DNA from: Basidioascus undulatus
Taxonomy: Eukaryota
DNA length: 53,245 nt
Direction of reading: 5' to 3'
NCBI GenBank assembly: GCA_000826855.1
Contig: JTLS01000010.1
Span: forward strand, 1 to 53,245
Position 1 is the first letter of the stretch. The number at the start of each line of letters is the position of its first letter. A program made the translations under genes and the position numbers. A model generated the notes under the pieces. It searched no databases. It was not told the DNA's origin and was given only the letters and a program-made list of their open reading frames with translations. Below, piece by piece: positions 1-9,966 of the stretch.

Positions 1-1004
1 GCCCAGAGCGTTTGGGGGAGGTGGGGGAGCGGGAGGAGCGGGAGCGGGAGCGTTTGGACAGCCGGCGGGCGGCGCGGGTGGGTTTGGGGCGTTTGCGGGA
101 GGTGGTACTCTGCTTCCTTCGTTTGCAGGGCTGAGGTGGGAGAGGCTCATGATGTTTTTCTTCGCGCAGGCACCCCACAACCATCCGCCTTCGTGGGAGC
201 CGGCAGCGTCCGTTCCAGTTCCGAGTCCTCTCCACCCTCACAGCACAGCTCACACTCGCCCTTCCTTCCTGTCACAGCTCGCCTCCGCATTCGGCAAGCC
301 TTCCACGCCCGCGCCCGCCTTCGGACAATCCGCCTTAGGGCAGCCTTCAACGCCCGCCCCAGCGTTCGGCCAGCCCTCAACACCCGCACCCGCCTTCGGT
401 CAACCATCCACCCCAGCACCAGCCTTCGGCCAGCCCTCCGCACCTGCACCCGCCTTCGGCCAACCCTCAACCCCCGCACCTGCCGCGCCCGCATCAGCAT
501 TCGGGGCCTCCACCTTTGGCGCCGCCGCGGCAGCCGCGCCGAGACCAGCGGGGACGGCGACGGGCTTCGGCGCGTTCGCTGCTGTTTCTCCCGCTGCGCC
601 CGCTACTGCTGCTGCGCCCACCTCCTCGTTCGGCCAGACGGGCTTCGGCGCGTTCGCGGGCGGGTCGGCAGCAGCTGCCCCCGCCGCCGCTGTACCGACT
701 TCCGCTTTCGGACCAGCAGCACCGCCAGCGGCCCCCAGCGCCTTCGGGCAGGTCCGTCTTCCCCTCCCTTTGCACCTTCCTCCCTCCCTTCTTCCACATT
801 CACAGCTCACCCCCCGCCCCTACGTAGCCCACTTCCGTCTTCGGCCAGCCCCCCGCGCCCGCCCCCGCAAGGGCGGACGACCCGTACGGCGAGTTTGCAC
901 CGAAGGAGGAGGACCTCCCCGCGGGGATGCTCGATGCGTTTAAGGCGGAGAGGTTCGCATGGGGGGAGATTCCGGCGCTCCCGCCGCCTATTGCGCTCAG
1001 ATGA
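1..1004 (+). CDS. FG-repeat nucleoporin, Nup42/AMO1/hCG1-like (3' part; 5' end outside window)
   Basis: Many AFG/SFG/GFG repeats (AFGQPSTPAP). Introns at about 105-169 and 751-803. The last exon reads ...LDAFKAERFAWGEIPALPPPIALR*, resembling the F-x-x-G-x-IP-x-x-PPP Gle1-binding C-terminus of Nup42/hCG1. TGA at 1002-1004. Confidence 0.75.
284..480 (+). repeat. Imperfect 30-nt coding tandem repeat (AFGQPSTPAP units)
   Basis: Repeated gccttcggccagccctcnacccccgcaccc-like units within the nucleoporin exon. Confidence 0.85.
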
Positions 1005-1647
1005 GAGAAGGGATATGAATGGGCTTTTTTATTGTGCGGGGGATGGTGTGCGGGTGCTGGGGATGTTGCGATGCGGAGAGGGGCGAGTGCCGGGCGGTTG
1101 GGTTGGGAGGAGCTTGAGCGAGCTGGGAGGGTTGAGGGAGGCGGAAGAAAATAGCGCGGATTTGGACGCCCAGCACTGCTCAGCACCCAGCTCAGAGCAT
1201 TCGGGACCAGGAGATATCCCATATCGCCACGTTGTCCTGGGACCTGCGGCCACTCCACGAGACGGCTGCTCGTCCCTTGGCCTCGCAACTTTGTGTGTCT
1301 CTGAACCAGCTGCTGCCTCCTTTTGAGGCCCTTTTCAAATACTGTAAGACGTCGTCGAAACCGGGTGGTCTTCTGCCACAGGAAAGCATAACTATGCCTG
1401 TCTGGTTTCTAGGGAGCATTCACTATCGCTTCGCGGCTTCGCAGCTTCGCGCTTCGGTATCGCTTGCTGTCATAGCCTGACCGGCAACGCTTTGTGCGGG
1501 ATTCCTACACCTGCCAAACCTCACGCCTGACGAAGAATGCATACATCTGACACTTTCGCCCGAAGAGAAGAATGCAGTTACGCGCCTGCGAGGCCTGTGG
1601 GCCTTGTGGCGGAGGCGCTGAAGAGTAATCGCTGCTGGGCATGCTGC

Positions 1648-2830
1648 TCAGGTCTGAAGAGAATTAAAGTCCCACCTTCCGTACGCCTTCTTATCCGGGT
1701 CTACCCACCATCCACGCAGCTGCACTCCGGCAGCAATACATGCCTCGCGCAGTCGCTGCAGCGCCGACGTCTCTTCGACGCTTCCCTCGATCGCAAGCAT
1801 TTCGAGTGCGGGTACCACGGTGGACCTGCGTTCGAGGAGATCGGGAACGTTTTCGATGCAGTCGTTGAGCGAGCGGTCAAGGAAGAGCACGAGAGTCTGC
1901 AGCCCGGACCGGAGAGCGACCACTAGGCGTATCTGGGGGTGGTCTGCGCCAGGCTGGCCGATGAGCACCTTGAGGCGGACTTCAAGATAGCGTAGTACCG
2001 GATAGTCCCCGCCGCTGAGGGCCGAGTAAAATGCCGACTCCGTCGAGATCGAGATGAGTGAGCGTGGTACGCGAGTCGGCCAGCGCTTCGTGCAGCAGTG
2101 TAGCGCCCAACGCCTCCCCGTCGAAGACTTCCCGGTATGTCAGCCGCGGAGCGTACTGGGGACGCCCAAGAGTGCTAGGAATAGCTCGTGGCTCAAGTCC
2201 AACAGCTCGTCAAGATGAGATCGGTGACTGTCGACGTGCCACGAAGCGCGGCGAGCTGCTCGGGATCTTCCATGACATCGCACTGGACGACGTTCACGCC
2301 GATGCTTCGAAGAGTGGACAAAGCAAGCCACCGAATGATTTCGTCCAGACTATAGCCCTGGTATGGGTCTTCCAGAGTTGTGTCGTGCCGTTGGACTGAG
2401 AGCGAAAGTAGAGAGCGGACGCCCTGAGGCTGGGTCTTGTTCGACGCGCCGAGAGCGTCATGAAAGGTGGGAGCAGGGTCAAGGGTAGAGCATCAAGGAC
2501 CTGCAGGTTCGGGAGGGTGTGAAGGAGGGAGACAACTTGAGGAGTTAGACTGTCGTCTGCGTCGGGATCCTCCTCGTCCCATCTGACTTTGAGCTCTCGC
2601 ACGTGGGCGGCCAAAGCTGGGCGGGCCTCGAGCGAGCGCAACAGTGTAGAATTCGAGGTGTCCTCGATGTTTGTGACCGGTAAAGAAAAGGTACGACGAT
2701 GCAGTGAAGGCGCCGCCGTTCGAATGAGAGGCAAGATCGACAGTCTCGTCCACGTGCGAAACGACTTGGAGGAGCACGTCGTCGGGCAGACCTTCGAATA
2801 CGACCGTCGATGGGGTAGGGGCAGTTAAAC
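1648..2830 (-). pseudogene. F-box / LRR-like protein, frameshifted
   Basis: F-box-like FEGLPDDVLLQVVSHVD. The plausible reading continues in different frames: LIRTAAPSLHRR...LLRSLEARPALAAHVRELKV; LRGTSTVTDLILTSC; LTYREVF...SRTTLTHLDLDG...LREACIAAGVQL. Frame switches near 2730, 2350-2200 and 2145 have no obvious introns. Confidence 0.55.
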
Positions 2831-3514
2831 GAACTCGAAGGAAGAGGAAGCCGAGAAGGTGGGGACGTGCACTGGTTGCGCTGGCAAGGCTAGGCTGTAG
2901 GTAGAATAGGAGCACGTATACCGCAAGGCAGTACTCCGTCCCATCAACTGACTATTTTATTGCCCAAACAGCTTTCTCTGATTGCAAGTCCATTCTCTTC
3001 TGCATTCTGACTCTATCGGCGTCAGAAATGAGGCAACCGTACCATCGGCCAGCCTTGCACTTCCAACGCGCTTGCCCACCGCACGACAAGACTCATGGTG
3101 CAGTCATCAGGGGGGCAAGCTTCTTCAAGTTATGTCAGTCAGATATTGCCAAAGAACACAGTATTTTGTGTGACATGCAGAGTGGCACTGGGCCAGGAGC
3201 CATCTGTAACACTGATCGACAACTTGTACGGTTCCGGTGGCCATCGATGGCAAAGATGAACCGTCTGATGCGGGCGTTGGTGGCACACTGCTGCATCATC
3301 GTAGCAGGCGGGGTGGATGAAACCAACTTAATAGTCGACTGCGTTTTTCCGGCTGAGTAAGCGTTTCACTGGTCCCGCCGCAGACCAGCAGCTTTCAGTA
3401 TAAATCACGTCGCTCTCGGCCTCCCATTCCCTCACTCAGCAGCTCTGCTTTCACAGCCTCTCCCAGCCAACTACACACACTCAACACTCCGCTTAACTCT
3501 ATCAGCCCCACAAC

Positions 3515-4178
3515 ATGCGGGCCACATCCCTCCTCGCCATCGTCGCCCTGTCGGCCACCGCCATGGCGGCTGCACTGCCTGCCTCGGGAAACTCGGCTGG
3601 CAGCCAGCTTTCGAGGCGCGAGTTCGGACAACTGACCAGGCGCCAGAACGACAGCTGGTCGCGAAACCAAGTGTGTGGTCACTCGTTCTGTGGACTGAGC
3701 TATGCTGACCATCTGATGCTGGCGTTGAATGTTATGCAGAAGGACAAGAAGAAGGATGACGACAAGAAGGACAAGAAGGTACAGCTGGGGCTTCAATTTC
3801 CCCATCTCAACTGACATTAACCCAAACCCAGAAGGACGATGACAAGAAGAAGACCGAGAACAAGAAGAAGGACAATGGCAAGAAGAAAGATCAGAAGAAG
3901 GTGCAGTCCATGTTTCTGTATCATGCCTTCTGTAGTCTGAAATGTCTCTAACCTGCTCACACTAGGAGGAGGAGAAGAAGGAGGATGACAAGAAGAAGGA
4001 GGATGACAAGAAGAAGGAGGATGACAAGAAGAAGGAGGATGACAAGAAGAAGGAGGATGACAAGAAGAAGAAGGATGACAAGAAGAAGGAGGATGACAAG
4101 AAGAAGGAGGATGACAAGAAGAAGGAGGATGACAAGAAGGGAGACAAGAAGAAGGATGATGGCAGCCATGACAACTAG
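3515..4178 (+). CDS. Small secreted Lys/Asp/Glu-rich repeat protein
   Basis: Signal peptide MRATSLLAIVALSATAMA-AALP and dibasic LSRR/LTRR sites. GT-AG introns at about 3671-3740, 3779-3831 and 3901-3965 join K/D/E-rich exons. TAG at 4176-4178. Confidence 0.75.
3975..4160 (+). repeat. 18-nt tandem repeat (aagaaggaggatgacaag, KKEDDK), about 10 copies
   Basis: Near-perfect tandem array visible directly in the sequence. Confidence 0.95.
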
Positions 4179-5459
4179 TCTGTATGACAACTAGTCTGTG
4201 CGTATGCATCATTTAAATCCCGACGGTCCCATTTCTGATCTTTGGGGGCCTTAATCCAGAGTGGCAATCTGGGAGAACTTTGGCTTCATGGGAGAATTAT
4301 GGCTTCATGTGTGCTGTTCAGCCTGCTCCTTTTGCTGAGGGGTTTCGGATTGCACTGGTATCCTTTCTTCTTGTCCCGGATCTTTGAAAAAAAAAATTGT
4401 AGCTCTTATAACCGGTATGGTCTGCTTGAACACTTCTGCAATGCAGTAGTCCACGCCTGCGTGCTCGTGGAGCATTGGAAGATAGGAGCTCAAACACTCT
4501 GGCTGATCACACTATGTCTCTCTAACCTCTTGGATGGAGGAGTACCAAGGTCGAAAAATACGAAATAAAACAATCCGCAATTGTGCCAAGCTGAGGCAGG
4601 GGACCTCTAAGGCAGGGGACCGCAAGTCAATCCAGCGGCTTGCTCTTTTCAACCCTGACTTCGCTCATAGCGCGTATATTTATCAGTAGAGGGATGGAAT
4701 ACTTTTGTGCCACTTGGGGTAAATGGCAGGTAGTCGGAGGACGGGACTAGAGGCCCGGAGGAGAGAAACAGAAGGGCTGGGTGACGACCGTGCGCAGCGG
4801 CAGCAGCGGGAAAATTGGCATGAGTTGCATTATGAATCTGATAGAAGTGTGTTATCCAAGTGTGTGCTCTTCCTGTGGCTCTGTGGGTTCCAAATTCCGG
4901 TATGAAAAGGATACCAATGAGTAGCTGGTCTTGTGCGAGCGATGAGGTTGTCCTATTGACGAAATCTGCAGACAAGCCAATGCCCTGACTTCTTTCCGCA
5001 CCTGGAGACGAGAAGCGCCCTTTTATACATTTGCATGGTTAAAGCCTCATTGGGAATACGTTATGAAGTATCAGGAATAATTTGTTGCTACACTATTTGC
5101 TCAAAAGGCTAAGGTCGGGAACCTGCGGCTTGCCGCGTAACGATCCTGTTCTTTCGCCCCCCGCCGACCGGCGTCCACCGCACAAGCGGACATACATGCA
5201 ATGCTTTGCTTTACTTTGATTTACAGTGGGTACTTACTTCCAAGGCTGCCGTCCGGCCTCTGACGGACTCCATCAATGCGTCAAGATCGGAGAGCTGACA
5301 GACCCTCCACCGAACCTCCGACTTCATCGGAACACATGGCGTCTCGTCTACACGTGATTCCGCCTTGGGTGATGGGTGCTTTGCGCCTCTCACCTTCCCC
5401 ACGACCATCACCACAAATCACCATCACAAACACAACAATCATTGACATCCCGAGAAAAC

Positions 5460-7932
5460 ATGTCGACTACCACGAGCAGCAGCGGAAAGATCGAGACGAT
5501 GCGGGCGGTGGTCTATGACAAGGTGGGATACGCTGGGCTCCGCACTTCACAAATGAACGACCCGTTGAAGGGGCCTTCGTCCAGCCGTTCGGAGTGGTAG
5601 TGAAGGAGGTACCGAAGCCTAAGATCTCGCATCCCCAGGAGATCATCGTCAGAGGTGCGTTATACGCTTGACTGCTTGATGTCGTCTAATGACGCCCCTC
5701 TTTACATGCAGTCACTACGAGCTGCATCTGCGGGTCGGCGAGTACCATTCACATCGTTCTGCTGTTATAAAGAGCTAAATAAGCTCATTATATAGGACCT
5801 CCACATGTATGAAGGCCGCACGGCCGCTGAGCCCGGTCTCATCTTCGGGCACGAGAACATGTCAGTCCGGACGAATGGCGCGTTGCGACCATCGCCGCTG
5901 ACATACGTTGCAGGGGCATAATCGAGGAGATTGGAAACTCCGTCACAGTAAGTTACTTTTTTTTGCTGAGAATCCCACCATGCTCGGCTGATCGATCTCT
6001 TTTCAGACCCTGGTTAGTCGTAACGACGGCTTGAGACGACAGTGCATGGAGAGCTCACGCGTGTCGGTTTACTACGATGCAGAAAGTCGGCGACCGGGTC
6101 GTTATGCCATTCAACAGTGCGAATTTTTCTCGTCGAGAATATCGATGAGCATCTGACAGAGGAGTGGGCTAATCACAGTCGGCTGCGGCACCTGCCAAAA
6201 CTGCGAGACTGGCAAGACCGCCTTTTGCACTGTTGCGAAGTAAGCTCCAGATCGCCACGAATCCTCCTAGATTGAGATGGCTGACCCGCTATTTTAGCCC
6301 TGGAAAGGGCTTTGCAGGGGCCGCATATGGCTACGTAGCGTGAGGCGGTTCTCACAGCCTGAGTTGATCGATGTCAGACCGCTTATTCGAGCCGTTCCGC
6401 AGGATGGGCCCCTACGACGGTGGCCAGGCAGAATACGTCAAGGCGAGTTTGCTTCTACTTTACTCTCGAGCGCAACCTCATGTGCTGTTCTCCCTCTCAA
6501 GGTCCCGTGGGCGGATTTCAACGCGCTCAAGCTACCGCCTGGCAATGAGCATGAAGATGACTTCGTGCGTTACCGTAGTTCTGCGCCTAATCTAGCCTAG
6601 CTAACCCAGTCATAGGCCACCCTGTGTGACATTTTGTGCGTTGCGGTACCCGGGAGTGCACGTGTGAACTGCAGCTTACAGACATTGCAGCCCGACCGGC
6701 TGGCACGGCGTGGAGCTTTCGGTGCGCAGCGTCTGAAGATACGCGTAAAGGCTTGTGGGGCTGACATTTTCCTTTTTTTAGGGCTTTCACCCGGGGGAAT
6801 CTGTCGCGGTTTTCGGTGCAGGCCCAGTCGGTCTCATGGCGGCCTATTCGGCCATCCTGCGTGGGGCTTCCGACGTCTATGTCGTCGACCGTGTCCCGGA
6901 GCGTCTGGCGAAGGCAGCGGAAATTGGTGCAACCCCCATCGACTTCACCAAAGGCGATCCTGCGGAGCAGATCAAGAAGGCCCGGGGAGGGAAGGAGGTC
7001 GACCGCGGCGTGGACGGTGCGTTCGCCTCGATCTTTGCTTCAGAAAGTATGGGCTGATTCGAAGTTGGATGTTGTCTATGACAGCCGTGGGGTACCAGGC
7101 TGTCAGTGGAGATGGGAAGAAGGAGCAGCCCAACGCGGTGCTGGAGAGCTTGATCTCGGTCGTGAGGTCAGCAGCTTCGGATTGGAAATGTGCATTGTGC
7201 TTCGCTGAAAGCTCGACTGTCTTCAGGGCTACCGGAGGATTGGGCATTCCGGGCGTGAGTTGCTTTCAACTTTTTACTCTGATACGCTGCGAGAGGGACT
7301 GACATGGGGACTCGCAGCTCTACGTGGTACGCATTAGATTCTTTGCTTCCCATGAAGGCCCAGCTGATGTTGTCGGGACCATAGCCGTCCGATCCGGGGG
7401 CTCCAGACTCGGCTGCTGCCAAGGTAGATACTTTTTGGAGTAGAACAGAGATCGAGCTGAACACCCATCTGTAGGGGTACATGAGCTTGCCATTCGGCAA
7501 GCTTTTCGAGAAAGGCACGTATTGATCATCTTATAAAATATTTTCCCCTCGCCCTTACCTTTGTTAGTTCACTCCAGGAATCTCCATCGGCTGCGGCCAA
7601 ACTTCAGTCAAGAGTGAGCGGAGCGGGATTGCAGTTCATTCACTCGTTCCACCGCCAGATGCTTTCCACATCGTACTTAGTCCACTCTAACGAACCTACC
7701 AAATCTCGACAGAGTACAACCGCTACCTCCGTGACCTGATCGTTGCCGGCCGCGCCAAGCCTGCCTTCGTCGTCTCGAACCACGTCTCGCTCGACGATGC
7801 GAGCGACGCGTACGACAAGTTCCAACGTCGGGTTGAAGGTCAGTAGAGCCGCAGTGTCGGGGATCTGCACGGAAATCTCACTTTTCCTGCGTTCCAGGTT
7901 ACACTAAGGTTCTTCTGAAGCCGTCCGCGTGA
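5460..7932 (+). CDS. Zn-dependent MDR dehydrogenase, glutathione-independent formaldehyde dehydrogenase-like
   Basis: The spliced reading gives TTSCICGSDLHMYEGRT, GHENMG, the structural Zn site CGTCQNC...C, CDIFPTGWHG, the Rossmann motif VFGAGPVGLMAAYSA, GVDAVGYQA and C-terminal GYTKVLLKPSA*. About 21 short introns. Confidence 0.9.
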
Positions 7933-8573
7933 GGTATCCAGCCAAGACCGGGTAAGGGGAGGGAACAATGCCGATAGGGCGCCGCAGTGACTGAACACAG
8001 AACTCGATGAACCACGTTTCTGCGACCTACGTGTGATGCCTGTTAAAATCTGCGCAAAGCGGAATGAGGTTTTCATCAAATGTGCAGGAGCAACAAGAAA
8101 CAGTCCGGGGCGTTATTTGCGTTGGCTGCGAAGGTGGACATGGCCCAGAAAAAGATGCCTATTTGGCTACTTCAGCAACATGACCCCACTATGAAAGACT
8201 AGAAACGCCTATCAGCATTTGCTCGCTGTAGAGAGCATTATGTAACAGCGTTCAGGTGGCTGCAGCCCACCGAACGTCGCTGAGTAGTGGGCTGTGGATC
8301 TCAACTCGCCGCTTGGCTTGGGGGCGTCTTCTAGGCAATCATCACCTCACATCCAGAGCATCTGATGTTGGATGCTCACATATTCCCCTGACAATTTGGC
8401 GTTCTGTTGATGCAGTGGTCCGCTTCCGACCAGGCTGAGCTAAGCCTTTCCCGGCGCGGCTGTGCCGCCTGTTTGGACTTGGAGCGTGTTGTTGCCATCC
8501 CGCCACGATCATCGCTTGTCCGCTCATCAACCCCTTCTCAGATCCTCAGGTTCTCCCTCCAGCACACTCCGAA

Positions 8574-9601
8574 ATGATGAACCCCAGCCTCATTGTCGCC
8601 GGCGTCGTGATTGGCGTTGTTGGGGCTGTGGCAGTGAAAGAGGTACGCTGCGCCGCGTTGTTTCCAATCGACCCGATAGATCCATTCACACGATCATCTG
8701 CAGTTTGTCTGGGATCCGCACGTCGCCCCGTGGCTCCGAGACGTGCTCGAGGAGCTCGCCGCAGAGCGCCGGCAGCGTCGCGAGATGCCGTACAGCGTGC
8801 GTGGCACCAGCGGAAGTCGGAGCCGCAGTCGATCAGAGTACTCGCACCCGCTCACGCCGGCAAACTTCGAGCTGGGCAACTCGACCGTCTTCGGGAGCCA
8901 GATGCGCGAGGTCGGCTCTGGCGCGACGGGCGTGCGGCAGAGGCATCTCAGTAGGGTGGGCAGCCAGGTGCGTCTTGGGACGAGATGAGTTCCGATAGGG
9001 GGCTGGACGTTGAGCTCGGTATATTCGCGGGACACAGCAGAGACAGCCCTTGATCGATCTACAGAACACGCAGCCTTCCGTCCTTTTCGACGCCACGCCG
9101 ATTTCTCCCGCTCCATCTGCTGCTCCTCTTCCAGTCTTCCCAGCAGGCCCAGCAACACCCGAGCGCCCCACCACGCCCACGGTGGCGTCCTCCCGGAGCA
9201 GCAGCCCCGAACGCCCGTCCACTCCGCTCCTGGCGCAAGCCCAGCCGCCCGCGCAACACACGCCGAACCACCGCCCCGCTCCTCCCCCTTCTCTCTCTCA
9301 ACAGCAGCAGCACCAGGGGCCGCAACCCCCCGCACCAGCTTCCGTCGTCTCCAGCGAGGACGATCGGGAGCTCATCAGCCTCCCGGCGTCGTCCCCGCGC
9401 GCGACTCCTTCCGACATCTCCTTCGTTTCGCCCTCGCCCAGCCTCCGGGCCACCATGTCCGACGCAGGGAGCAGCTATGGGTTTGTCTCGGAGGAGGAGG
9501 CGGGCAATGAGAGCGATGATGCCGGAACCATCAGTTCGGGAGACGAGAGCTGGGCGGACGTGCGGAGCAGGTCGGGGAGGTCCGGTCGGTCCGCTTGGTA
9601 G
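8574..9601 (+). CDS. Hypothetical protein (about 300 aa): N-terminal hydrophobic anchor plus Ser/Pro-rich disordered tail
   Basis: Exons 8574-8642, 8704-8967 and about 9038/9041-9601 join in frame across GT-AG introns. N-terminus LIVAGVVIGVVGAVAVKE-FVWDPHVAP; C-terminus SSGDESWADVRSRSGRSGRSAW*. Confidence 0.7.
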
Positions 9602-9966
9602 TGCTTGCGCTCTGTGCTGTGGCTTGATGCGGTCCTTTTCCCCTTTCCACTTCTTGTCGTAGTGTTGTGTTTTCTTGATTCATTCCGCTATTGCGTGCTC
9701 TCTTTCAGTGGACTCTTGCGCAAAAGGACCCACGGCCTTGCGCGGAGATGCCATCATGGTATCAATCGTGCATGGCATGGCCGGCGGGAACTAGCCATAT
9801 TGGACATTATTCGGAGGAACAGAGTAGCGCTGGTACAATGCGTGCGTGAGGCGTAACAGTAAGAAGGAAAGTGAAACGAAACAGCGAGGAGTGCAGGAGA
9901 CGACGACCCAAAAGCCCAAAGATGTGAAGGAAAAAGCGAGCCAAAGGATCCACGACGAATGATAGC

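Noticed and set aside
136..1326. 396-aa Arg-rich ORF
   Set aside because: It is an alternative frame of the nucleoporin repeats; the FG frame with introns explains the sequence.
1425..1460. Clustered gcttcg motifs (also near 21918 and 24608) as hairpins or transposon ends
   Set aside because: No extended inverted repeat, terminal repeat pair or target-site duplication could be shown by eye.
3817..4212. SSCHPP, LLLVIL, SSFFLS and MTRRRR repeat ORFs; also considered as a CRISPR-like array
   Set aside because: They are other frames of the 18-nt KKEDDK repeat. There are no spacers and the context is eukaryotic.
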